A stretch of 31,962 bases of DNA from Moorena sp. SIO3A5 (GTDB lineage: Bacteria > Cyanobacteriota > Cyanobacteriia > Cyanobacteriales > Coleofasciculaceae), in assembly GCF_010672205.1 (NCBI RefSeq), contig NZ_JAAHHD010000019.1, forward strand, positions 1 to 31,962, read 5' to 3'. Below the pieces are notes generated by a model. The model was not told where the DNA came from. It searched no databases and saw nothing but the letters and a program-made list of their open reading frames with translations. This document shows, one piece after another, positions 1 through 8,702 of the stretch; positions within the stretch are counted from its first letter, which is position 1, and each line of letters opens with the position of its first letter. The position numbers and the translations under genes are program-made.

Positions 1-144
1 GCATCTTGGTGGAATGGGCATCTTGGTGGAATGGGCATCTTGGTGGAATGGGCATCTTGGTGGAATGGGCATCTTGGTGGAATGGGCATCTTGGTGGAAT
101 GGGCATCTTGGTGGAATGGGCATCTTGGTGGAATGGGCATCTTG
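1..144. repeat. 17-bp tandem repeat GCATCTTGGTGGAATGG, about 8.4 units
   Basis: Perfect head-to-tail 17-mers are visible from position 1. The three overlapping ORFs in the track are artefacts of this repeat. Confidence 0.9.
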
Positions 145-260
145 CCCGTTTCAATTCCCGGCAGGCAGGATGCCCACCCCACTCATATTCATTCCGCCCC
201 TCAGCAATGCCCCTACATGGATGTAGACTTGGAATGCAGTTAAAAAAATACCAATTAAAG

Positions 261-325
261 TAGGGTGGGCAAAGTTATCTTATCTAGAAGACTCATGTGA
301 ACCAAAATGTTTTTGCCCACCCTAC
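261..325. repeat. Hairpin repeat, family D (TAGGGTGGGCAAA ... TTTGCCCACCCTA)
   Basis: A 13-bp inverted repeat flanks a loop of about 38 nt. The same stem sequence recurs at 13219..13284 and 13944..14012. Confidence 0.7.
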
Positions 326-374
326 AAGCTACAAGCTTGTTTTTCAAATCAGTTTAGTGCGATCGCAAAATTCC

Positions 375-690
375 CCATCAGCCATCAGCCATCAGCGATC
401 AGCGATCAGCGATCAGCGATCAGCCATCAGCCATCAGCCATCAGCGATCAGCGATCAGCGATCAGCGATCAGCCATCAGCCATCAGCCATCAGCGATCAG
501 CGATCAGCGATCAGCCATCAGCCATTACCTATTACCTATTACCTATTACCTATTACCCATTACCCATTACCCATTACCCATTACCCATTACCTATCACCT
601 ATTACCCATCACCCATTACCCATTCCCCATTCCCCATTCCCCATTCCCGATTCCCGATTCCCGATTCCCCATTCCCCATTCCCCATCACC
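375..690. repeat. Heptanucleotide tandem arrays (CAGCCAT/CAGCGAT, then TACCTAT/TACCCAT, then CCCCATT/CCCGATT)
   Basis: Direct reading shows consecutive 7-mer arrays of the STRR-like type that run right up to the ATG at 693. Confidence 0.9.
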
Positions 691-692
691 TA

Positions 693-1115
693 ATGGAAAA
701 AGATTTATTATTCACTCGCCGCCACACTGGACAATTTATTTCTGAGCGACAATTAGTAGACCTTAAAAGTGTCAATCGTGACTTGGCAACAGCGACAGGT
801 TTAGATAATTTGGCTCAGGCAATTCTCAATCGCCTTTACACCCGTAAAGGGGAGCTTGCCGCTTTGGGACATCCTAATTATGGGTCACGGCTCCACCTGT
901 TAGTGGGTCAACAAAATAATAATCGTCTTCGCTCCCTTGCTAATTTGTATATCCGTGAGTGTCTAGCTCAAGAACCTCGGATAGAAGAAATCAAGGCCAT
1001 AGATTTTGAGCCTCCCTCTCGTCAGCAACGTTATACACTCGTAGCAACTGTAGTCCTTAAAGCTGTAGGCCAGGAAACACCCTTGACCCTGAGCTTTTCC
1101 CTACCTGGAGGGTAA
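693..1115 (+). CDS. GPW/gp25-family baseplate wedge protein (P2 W / Afp9-like), 140 aa
   Basis: The sequence LAQAILNRLYTRKGELAALGHPNYGSRLHLLVGQQNN...LAQEPRIEEIKAIDFEP matches the gp25-like pattern (tR.GER...P.FGs.L..l.......l...i..aL..wEPRi). The start is taken at the first ATG after the heptamer array, because the longer ORF from 297 is repeat-encoded. Confidence 0.75.
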   Translation: MEKDLLFTRRHTGQFISERQLVDLKSVNRDLATATGLDNLAQAILNRLYTRKGELAALGHPNYGSRLHLLVGQQNNNRLRSLANLYIRECLAQEPRIEEIKAIDFEPPSRQQRYTLVATVVLKAVGQETPLTLSFSLPGG

Positions 1116-1300
1116 TGGGTAATAGGTAATAGGTAATAGGTAATAGGTAATGGGTAATAGGTAATGGGTAATGGGTAATAGGTAATAGGTAATAGGTAAT
1201 AGGTAATAGGTAATAGGTAATGGGTAATGGGTAATGGGTAATGGGTGATGGGTAATGGGTAATGGGTAATGGGTAATAATGGGTGATGGGTAATGGGTAA
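1116..1300. repeat. Heptamer array GGTAATA/GGTAATG (reverse complement of CCATTAC)
   Basis: Tandem 7-mers begin immediately after the stop codon. The minus-strand ORF 1031..1309 is an artefact of this array. Confidence 0.9.
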
Positions 1301-1360
1301 TGAGTTCATTAGCTAGAAATTACACGCAAAATTTAACTTCACTAGCTGGAGCTTAATGAG

Positions 1361-3883
1361 ATGGTTTTTGAGAAAAAAGGCTTTGCTCAACTGTTCGAGG
1401 CCATGCAGAGTCGCACTCCTGACACCCTAACGGATTTTCAAGAAGGCAGTGTGGTGCGCACTCTATACGAGTCCTTTGCTTGGGAACTCGCCCTCCTCTA
1501 CGAGCAGATGCAACGGGTATATCTGTCTGGCTTTGTGGATACTGCCGAAGGCATTGACCTTGACAAAGTAGTTGCTATTTTAGGCATTAAGCGGGGAGAA
1601 CCGGATTATGCTACCGGAAAAGTTACCTTTACGCGAGATATCGGCATTGATGAAGATATTTTTATTCCCAAAGGTACACTAGTTACCACGGAAGATACCC
1701 AGGAGTCTCCCAAAAAAGCCTACGAAACCATTGAAGAAGGCAAGATTTCCAAAGACCAAACCACTGCCCAGGTGAGAGTCCAGGCTCTACGACGGGGTAA
1801 AACAGAGGAAACTGAAGCTGAAACTATTGTGGTGATGCCTCAGCCGGTAGTAGGTGTCAAGTCAGTTAATAATCAAGAAACCCTCCGATTTACCGGTAAA
1901 CTACAGGAGAGTGACGAACAACTGCGCCAAAGAGCCAAGCAAACCCTGCTGGCGACGAGTGGTGGTAATACTACCTCCATCCGGAATGCTCTGTTGAGTT
2001 TACCTGGGGTGCGGGAAGTGCAAGTTAGAGAAAACTTTCATGTTGCTAGGGGCAAGGTTAAGGTTACTAAGAGTGGCTCCCTTAGTGAAGAGCTTAAGGT
2101 TCCCAAAGGGACAACGATAAAACTCGAAATCTTAGGCACACAAACTAAAGACTATCACACCACTCAAGAGGTAATCCTCTCAGCAGGTGAAAATCAAGAG
2201 GTGGAAGTAGAGGTAGAGGCTGGGATTTCTGGAGCAGCTGGGGAAGCTGAGGCTGGTGCAACTTGGAAAGAGTTAGTGCTTAATAGCGTAACTCTTACGG
2301 TTAGCAATGAGCAGCCTATTTCACGGCAAGACTTTGGAATCATTGAAATATTTGTTGATGGCATTGATTTTAGAGATCTTGAGAAAGTTAGTCAGCTCAA
2401 ACAGGAAATTGACCGAGTTAAGGCAGCGGGAATCTACCCATTACTTAAACCGGCGACAGCAGTGAACGTTGATGGGGTATTCCAAATTGAACTCCAACCA
2501 GAACTGAAACTGTCTCCAGAGGAACGGCTACAGTTGGAAGAACAGGTACAGCAGACAATTATTTCCTACCTCAAAGAGCAGAAAATGGGTCAACCCTTGC
2601 TCATCTCTCAACTCACGAGTAAGATACTAGGCTGTAACGGTGTCAATGATTTAGTTGATTTTACCCTCACCACCAGTATCCGTAATTCAGCAGGTACTGA
2701 ACTGGCTCGCCAGCACTATCAATCCTCCGAAACGCCAGTGAAACGGCTAGAGGTGGATATCTTAGAAAAGTTCACCCCCCACTCGGTTCGCGTTGCCTCA
2801 GAAATCAAACCCCTTCCTGTAGCCTTACAAATTAAGGCTGAAGCACTAGATGATTCCAAACAACAGGCAATTGAACAAGCCCTACAACACTATTTTGCTG
2901 ACTTCAAACCATCCCAGGCAGTGGTTAGGAGTGAGATTAAAAAGAGTATTGAGACAATCACCACCATCGAAGCAATCAAGTTAATTCCCTCCTTCTGGCA
3001 ACCAGGGATTCCCTTTGATGGCGAAACCGTTAATGTCACGTTTGTGGAGCAGGCTCAGCTCAGTTCGGTATTTCTCTATGAGAGATTACTCACCATTACC
3101 GGAGCCTTGAAGCTGATTTTACCGGTTACAGTTACCCAACAAGAGAAGCAGCAAATTTACCAACAGGTTCGGGAGCAGGTTAGTGCTTATCTTGAGCAAC
3201 TCCAACCAGAAGAAAATATTAAACTTGAGCAGCTAGTTGAACAGGCAAAAACCGTAGAATCAGTGCTAGATATTAATTGGAAACTGGAGGATTTTAAGGT
3301 TCTGGATGAAGACAATAATGCTAAGGATATAATTGACCAAGAACAGTCGCAAATTCAGGTAAACAAATTTGAAAAAACTCAGTTAGATAGTCAGTTTGTC
3401 ATTGATAGTGATATCCAGGTTGTTGATGTTGCGATCGCTACTTTGAATTTAAGGCTAACTCCGGCGGTTGCAGTTCCCGAAACTGTTGATCATGCAAAAC
3501 TCAAGAGTGCTATGGAAGCAGCAGTTAAGAGTATTTTGACTCCCTCTCTCCAGCAGTTACCCAAACTAGCAGTGGGAGACAATCTGGATTATGACCAATT
3601 GAAAACTCTCCTGCTGGTACAGATCAGGACTAAGGCAGGAAATTTTGACCAGGAAACCCTTCAGAGTTTCATCAGCAATGGCCAAGCTTCACAGCAAAAT
3701 CAGAAGCATTTAATGGAGGCGCTCCGGAGCTTTCTCCGAGATTCTAACTACAGGATTGATGGGCTAGAACTCACAGCCAAGGGTAGCTCCTATCAGCAAG
3801 ATATTCCGATTGCGATTGTAGAACGGGCTGAGATTCAGTTACAAGAGTCGTCTAGTTTGTCAATTGTGATTGAAGATAAGTAA
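1361..3883 (+). CDS. Baseplate J-like protein (P2 gpJ / T4 gp6 / Afp11-like), 840 aa
   Basis: The N-terminus (FAQLFEAMQSRTPDTLTDFQEGSVVRTLYESFAWELALLYEQMQRVYLSGFVDTAEG...GKVTFTR) fits the Baseplate_J family pattern. It lies directly downstream of the gp25-like gene, as in P2 W-J. Confidence 0.8.
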   Translation: MVFEKKGFAQLFEAMQSRTPDTLTDFQEGSVVRTLYESFAWELALLYEQMQRVYLSGFVDTAEGIDLDKVVAILGIKRGEPDYATGKVTFTRDIGIDEDIFIPKGTLVTTEDTQESPKKAYETIEEGKISKDQTTAQVRVQALRRGKTEETEAETIVVMPQPVVGVKSVNNQETLRFTGKLQESDEQLRQRAKQTLLATSGGNTTSIRNALLSLPGVREVQVRENFHVARGKVKVTKSGSLSEELKVPKGTTIKLEILGTQTKDYHTTQEVILSAGENQEVEVEVEAGISGAAGEAEAGATWKELVLNSVTLTVSNEQPISRQDFGIIEIFVDGIDFRDLEKVSQLKQEIDRVKAAGIYPLLKPATAVNVDGVFQIELQPELKLSPEERLQLEEQVQQTIISYLKEQKMGQPLLISQLTSKILGCNGVNDLVDFTLTTSIRNSAGTELARQHYQSSETPVKRLEVDILEKFTPHSVRVASEIKPLPVALQIKAEALDDSKQQAIEQALQHYFADFKPSQAVVRSEIKKSIETITTIEAIKLIPSFWQPGIPFDGETVNVTFVEQAQLSSVFLYERLLTITGALKLILPVTVTQQEKQQIYQQVREQVSAYLEQLQPEENIKLEQLVEQAKTVESVLDINWKLEDFKVLDEDNNAKDIIDQEQSQIQVNKFEKTQLDSQFVIDSDIQVVDVAIATLNLRLTPAVAVPETVDHAKLKSAMEAAVKSILTPSLQQLPKLAVGDNLDYDQLKTLLLVQIRTKAGNFDQETLQSFISNGQASQQNQKHLMEALRSFLRDSNYRIDGLELTAKGSSYQQDIPIAIVERAEIQLQESSSLSIVIEDK

Positions 3884-4348
3884 TGGGTAATGGGTAATGG
3901 GTAATGGGTAATAGGTAATAGGTAATAGGTAATGGGTGATGGGTAATAGGTAATGGGTGATGGGTGATAGGTAATGGGTGATGGGTGATAGGTAATGGGT
4001 AATAGGGAATAGGTAATAGGTGATAAGTAATGGGTAATAGGGAATAGGTAATAGGTGATAAGTAATGGGTAATAGGGAATAGGTAATAGGTGATAAGTAA
4101 TGGGTAATAGGGAATAGGTAATAGGTGATAAGTAATGGGTAATGGGTAATAGGTAATAGGGATGCGCTGCATCAAGACAGGGAATCGGGAGCATGTCACT
4201 TATGCAGAACATTTGTACTAAATCTAATGGGTAATAGGTAATTGGTAATAGGTAATTGGTAATAGGTAATTGGTAATAGGTAATTGGTAATGGATAATGG
4301 GTAATTAGTAATTGGTAATTGGTAATTGGTAATTGGTAATTGGTAATA
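3884..4348. repeat. Heptamer arrays (GGTAATG/GGTAATA/GGTGATG, then GGTAATT) with embedded GGGATGCGCTGCATCAAGAC...GGGAGCATGTCAC motif at 4160..4200
   Basis: Direct reading. The minus-strand ORFs 3835..4212 and 3852..4199 are array artefacts. Confidence 0.85.
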
Positions 4349-4615
4349 GGGGGAGCATGTCACATTAGCCTAATATTTTTACCTGATCTATAGCCCCCTC
4401 ATGGGTAAAAGCCAAGGGTAGTGGTACACAATTCGTGATTTTAACTCCTGAAACCTTGACGTAACCCGTTGCCAAATCACTACATCTTTACCACTACCAA
4501 GCCAAGCTCATATGGTACTAAGTTTATCTGTTCTGCAACTAAGACCGGCTTATTGACAGAATTTTTGTTGTTTTGTCAAGTAGTTCAAAAGTTCGGCTTC
4601 TTTGACCTGCTCCCT
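4349..4615 (+). mobile_element. MITE-like element, family A (GGGGGAGCATGTCAC ... GACCTGCTCC), long copy
   Basis: The termini form an imperfect inverted repeat (GGAGCATGTC versus the reverse complement GGAGCAGGTC). The same termini and shared interior are found at 21580..21742 on the opposite strand. ORF 4469..4819 is an artefact. Confidence 0.6.
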
Positions 4616-4815
4616 ACCCATCACCCATTACCCATTACCCATTACCTATTCCCTATTACCCATCACCCATCACCCATCACCCATCACCCATCACCCATCA
4701 CCCATTACCTATTACCTATTACCCATCACCCATTACCCATTACCTATTACCTATTACCTATTACCTATTACCCATTACCTATTACCTATTACCCATTACC
4801 TATTACCTATTACCT
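4616..4815. repeat. Heptamer array CCATCAC/CCATTAC/CTATTAC
   Basis: Tandem 7-mers reach up to the ATG at 4816. Confidence 0.9.
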
Positions 4816-5184
4816 ATGACTAATTATCAGCTAACTATTCAACAAAGAACTGAAGATTTTGCGATTCGTGTAATCAAAGCTTACTCTGAACTCAACAAGA
4901 GACATTTTGATGATGCTGGAAAAGTATTAGCCAAACAGTTTCTTAGAAGTGGTACAAGTATTGGAGCCAATTGTGCCGAAGCTATTTATGCTCAATCAAA
5001 AAAGGATTTTATCTCCAAATATTCTATTGCTTTGAAAGAAGCTTCAGAAACACAATATTGGATTAGAATCATGGTTAAATCTCAGCTTGTTACTGAACAA
5101 AACTTTTCGCTGATGCAACAAGAAATTGTTACAATAATCAAAATCCTAACTTCCATAATCAACAAACTAAAATCAAAGGAATAG
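4816..5184 (+). CDS. Four-helix-bundle protein (23S rRNA intervening-sequence protein / Avd superfamily), 122 aa
   Basis: The motif FLRSGTSIGANCAEA and the overall pattern (RTEDFAIRVIKAY..L.......Q..RS..SI.AN.AEA......K.DFI.....A..EA.ET..W) are typical of TIGR02436-type proteins. The gene is flanked on both sides by heptamer arrays. Confidence 0.75.
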   Translation: MTNYQLTIQQRTEDFAIRVIKAYSELNKRHFDDAGKVLAKQFLRSGTSIGANCAEAIYAQSKKDFISKYSIALKEASETQYWIRIMVKSQLVTEQNFSLMQQEIVTIIKILTSIINKLKSKE

Positions 5185-5387
5185 GTAATGGGTGATGGGT
5201 AATAGGTAATAGGTAATGGGTAATGGGTAATGGGTGATGGGTGATGGGTGATGGGTAATAGGTGATAAGTAATGGGTAATAGGTAATGGGTGATGGGTGA
5301 TAGGTAATGGGTAATAGGTAATGGGTAATAGGTGATGGGTAATGGGTAATAGGTGATAAGTAATGGGTAATAGGGAATAGGTAATAG
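5183..5387. repeat. Heptamer array GGTAATG/GGTGATG/GGTAATA ending in GGGATGCGCTGCATC motif
   Basis: Direct reading. The minus-strand ORF 5173..5400 is an artefact. Confidence 0.85.
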
Positions 5388-5631
5388 GGATGCGCTGCAT
5401 CTTCAGGTGCGACCCGTGGCGAATTTAATAATTAGATGCGGAAAGCGCACCTAACAGGGAATCAGCTTCAAAGAATACTGTACCTCATAACTGTGATCAA
5501 CGCTATATTTACCATTAGAGCAAGCAATTACCCATGAGGGGCTATAGATCAGGTAAAACTATTCGGCAAAAGTGACATGCTCCCTCTATTACCTATAACC
5601 TATTAAATATAACCTATTAAATATAACCTAT

Positions 5632-5806
5632 CAGGGTAAGCGCAAGAATCAATAAACCGTGGCTTATTGAGAAAAAGACCGCGTCATTATCAACAACTTA
5701 ACTCTATTGCGAGTACAGTTCTACGAGATTATAGGGGTTTCGAGCCACGATCAACCGATATCCAGCCAATGCACATTATGGGCAATTTTTTCTTGCGCTT
5801 ACCCTG
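5632..5806. mobile_element. MITE with perfect 17-bp terminal inverted repeats (CAGGGTAAGCGCAAGAA ... TTCTTGCGCTTACCCTG), 175 bp
   Basis: The perfect TIRs were read directly. The element sits inside a CTATTAAATATAAC 14-mer array, and both flanks read TAT/TA, consistent with a short target-site duplication. Confidence 0.7.
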
Positions 5807-6052
5807 TATAACCTATTAAATATAACCTATTACCCATTACTTATCACCTATAACCTATTACCCATTACCTATAACCTATTACCCATCACCCATCACCCAT
5901 CACCCATCACCCATCACCCATCACCCATCACCCATCACCCATCACCTAATACCTATTACCTATTACCTATTACCCATCACCTATTACCTATTACCCATTA
6001 CCTATTACCCATTACCTATTACCCATTACCTAATACCTATTACCTATTACCA
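5807..6052. repeat. 14-mer and heptamer arrays (CTATTAAATATAAC; CCATCAC; CCTATTA)
   Basis: Direct reading. The arrays end 4 nt before the ATG at 6057. Confidence 0.85.
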
Positions 6053-6056
6053 AATC

Positions 6057-7991
6057 ATGGAAAAACGCGGCAAAACCACCAGCATCACCAGTCGATTTCC
6101 TCATTTCTATGACGGAGCCAATGTTGAGAGTTTGCTCTACCAATTTATTGATGTCTTTGGCTTCTTGCTGGAGTCAGGGGAAACCGACTTGCTCGCTGTG
6201 ATGCGTTCCCATCATGTGGATACCGCTGACAATGAAGGGTCTCAAGGCTTTATTGCTGCCCAAAAGGGAGATTTAGATCAACTTTTTGCTCTCTACTTAG
6301 AAGCGTTAGGGGGCACCTCTCAACTGGTAAAGGTAAGTCACCAGTTTAGTCCAGGGAGTATTAAAAATGTCAGTAACTTGGCCAAGAAACTTCATCAAGG
6401 CAGGGATGAACTGTCTCAGTATTTGCGTGATGCACTTGATCCGCATACCAAGACCCTTCTGGAGCGCTATCAGGTTGCCCAGGCTCAATTTAACCTAGAG
6501 TCTTTCAGGGATCTGCCCGGTCTAGCCATTCAGCTATTGGTTGCTACCGATCAACTCAGTCATTATCTCAAAATTCACTTGCCCCCAGAAACCCTGGAAC
6601 TGCTCAATCACTATGACGGTTTCCCCCCGCTGCCTGAACCCCTACAGCAGGGACTGGTGCAAACACTCAACCAACAGCTGGTTAATCCCTCCCTCTACCG
6701 GAAAAATAAGCCATACTTCCAAACCCTGACTCTCAGCAAAGCCGCTCAGCAATTGCTGGCACAACAGCCCATCGGGGAAGACCGACAACGTCTCAATCGC
6801 TTGTTGTTAGAAGCCGCCTATCCAGACTATATCAGCCCTAGCCATATTCCCACTCTGGCTGAGGTAGAGCAGGGGTTAATTAAGGGCTTGAATCACTCTC
6901 TACAAGACCCCTTACTCTACCAAAAAACTGATCAACCCCAATCCCAAACCCTTCCGGCAGGAACTGATCTGATTATCCAAAATCGGCAATTGCTGGAAGC
7001 AGCCTATCCCAATGAGATTGCCAAGAGTTATGCTCCTTACCGAGAGCGACTAAAAGGCTTGATTCAAATCCTCCGTCAAGGAGCTGCTACCAAGCCAGGG
7101 ATTATTGATTTGGTTGCTGCCAACTTGGGAATTTTAGGAGATTCTCCCGCCGCTCAAGCCGCCAAGAAAACCATTCAAATTCAAGAGTTCATGCCTCGGC
7201 TGACTCAGTTACATCCTCCTAATCAGCCAGAACATCGCTACTTGCTGACACTTCAGGAAGAATTTGAGGTCTATAACCCCAACCCGCAGCCAGAGGAAAT
7301 CGAAATTTTCCTGGCAGTTCAGCCAACTCTGCCTGTGGTATTATACAATCTGCGAATTGTTAACTGCGATACTGAAGCATCGGTTGTTTACAAGGGAAAA
7401 GTAGAGGCCAATGATGTATTGTCCTTTCGAGAGGATATCGTTGATGTTAACGGTAAACCTTATGCAACAGAAGGAACGCCCCTACTACCAACCCACACCT
7501 CTCGCTGGCGGCTGGAAGCAGAGTTAGCTGAGGGGTATCCCCTGGCACGATTTGACCAACAGCGCTTTGATCAAACCACCTTTGTCTTGAGTGAAACCGT
7601 CGCCTCTCTGGAAATGAGATTCTACAAACTCACCCCAGGGGTGTTTGATGTAAAAATTCCTTGGGATATTCCCGGCTTTACTGATAAGTTTCAGGAAGCA
7701 GGGGATCATCCTCGTCATCAAATTGCTGGAATTATTGACAAGGTTAAAGCCGCTGGTGTTTTGGGGATTATTACCTATCAGAAGCGCTTTCAGGAAACTC
7801 ACGAGATAGTAGCAGAGTTAACTGTTGAACGTTCTCCGTTTAGGGAAGAACATCTTGCCGAAGATCACCTTACTATTAGTAGTAAGCAGGTTCCCTATCC
7901 AGAGGGAGTAGTCCACGAAATGTCGGATAATCTGCTTACTTGTGGAGTATTTGACTATACTGGCTTTGATAGCGGGAATCGTTTTGCTTGA
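6057..7991 (+). CDS. Putative baseplate protein in the P2 gpI / Afp12 position, 644 aa
   Basis: The ORF is long and uninterrupted. The call rests mainly on synteny: it follows the W-like and J-like genes and precedes the H-like fibre. I cannot confirm sequence-level homology from memory. Confidence 0.45.
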   Translation: MEKRGKTTSITSRFPHFYDGANVESLLYQFIDVFGFLLESGETDLLAVMRSHHVDTADNEGSQGFIAAQKGDLDQLFALYLEALGGTSQLVKVSHQFSPGSIKNVSNLAKKLHQGRDELSQYLRDALDPHTKTLLERYQVAQAQFNLESFRDLPGLAIQLLVATDQLSHYLKIHLPPETLELLNHYDGFPPLPEPLQQGLVQTLNQQLVNPSLYRKNKPYFQTLTLSKAAQQLLAQQPIGEDRQRLNRLLLEAAYPDYISPSHIPTLAEVEQGLIKGLNHSLQDPLLYQKTDQPQSQTLPAGTDLIIQNRQLLEAAYPNEIAKSYAPYRERLKGLIQILRQGAATKPGIIDLVAANLGILGDSPAAQAAKKTIQIQEFMPRLTQLHPPNQPEHRYLLTLQEEFEVYNPNPQPEEIEIFLAVQPTLPVVLYNLRIVNCDTEASVVYKGKVEANDVLSFREDIVDVNGKPYATEGTPLLPTHTSRWRLEAELAEGYPLARFDQQRFDQTTFVLSETVASLEMRFYKLTPGVFDVKIPWDIPGFTDKFQEAGDHPRHQIAGIIDKVKAAGVLGIITYQKRFQETHEIVAELTVERSPFREEHLAEDHLTISSKQVPYPEGVVHEMSDNLLTCGVFDYTGFDSGNRFA

Positions 7992-8200
7992 GAGGGAGTA
8001 GGGAGTAGGGAGTAGGGAATGTAGAATTAAGAATTAAGAATTAAGAATGTAGAATGTAGAATTAAGAATGTAGAATGTAGAATGTAGAATTAAGAATTAA
8101 GAATGTAGAATTAAGAATGGTTAATCTAACTTCTAACTTCTAACTTCTAACTTCTAACTTCTAACTTCCCGATTCCCAATTCTAAATCCTAAATTCCCGA
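7992..8200. repeat. Heptamer arrays (GGGAGTA; GAATTAA/GAATGTA; CTTCTAA)
   Basis: Direct reading, starting immediately after the stop codon. Confidence 0.9.
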
Positions 8201-8209
8201 TTCGACATT

Positions 8210-8296
8210 GGTGGTGCGTTACGGTGCGGGCTGTAACAAAACTGGCTCTCGGTGTTGAAGATGAGGGCAAGCCCGCCCCTAACACACCCTACGCAC
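8210..8296 (+). repeat. Dispersed repeat family B (GGTGGTGCGTTACGG..GCGGGCT ... GCCCGCCCCTAACACACCCTACGCAC)
   Basis: Related copies are embedded at 8417..8500, at 13821..13906 in reverse orientation and at 19534..19617 in reverse orientation. The ends are an imperfect inverted repeat. Confidence 0.6.
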
Positions 8297-8390
8297 TAAC
8301 TTCCCGATTCCCGATTCCCGATTCCCGATTCCCGATTCCCGTTCCCCTCCTGGGAGGGGTTAGGGGTGGGTTCCGATTCCCAATTCCCAA

Positions 8391-8525
8391 GGGTGCATCT
8401 CCTAAAAGCTGTTTGACACGGTGGTGCGTTACGGGGCGGGCTATCCAAAGCCTGGCTACGAGGCGGAAAATGAGGCCCCCCCTGAAGCACCACTAGCAAC
8501 TTTTTTACAAATATGAGATGCACCC
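8391..8525. mobile_element. MITE family C with 11-bp perfect TIRs (GGGTGCATCTC ... GAGATGCACCC), carrying a family-B core
   Basis: The TIRs were read directly. A second full copy lies at 21467..21570, with solo ends at 17811..17835 and 21822..21846. ORF 8224..8496 is an artefact. Confidence 0.65.
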
Positions 8526-8700
8526 ATTCCCAATTCCCCATTCCCAATTCCCCATTCCCCATTCTTCATTCTTCCTTCTAAATTCCCCATTCCCCATTCC
8601 CAATTCCCCATTCCCCATTCCCCATTCCCCATTCCCCATTCTACCTTCTAAATTCTAAATTCTAAATTCTAAATTCTAAATTCTAAATTCTAAATTCTTA
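8523..8700. repeat. Heptamer arrays (CCCCATT/CCCAATT; AATTCTA)
   Basis: Direct reading. The arrays end 2 nt before the ATG at 8703. Confidence 0.9.
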
Positions 8701-8702
8701 AT

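Noticed and set aside
297-692. N-terminal 132 codons of ORF 297..1115 as part of the gp25-like protein
   Set aside because: This stretch is encoded entirely by heptamer arrays and gives SAISHQRSAISDQ / LPITYY low-complexity peptide. The homologous part begins at the ATG at 693. An in-frame repeat-encoded extension cannot be fully excluded.
4469-4819. 116-aa ORF and overlapping 4602..4823
   Set aside because: The first half lies in the family-A MITE and the second half is heptamer-array translation.
8224-8496. 90-aa ORF (also 8296..8562 on the minus strand)
   Set aside because: Both ORFs lie inside the family-B and family-C MITE copies and heptamer arrays. The same sequence recurs elsewhere in non-coding contexts.
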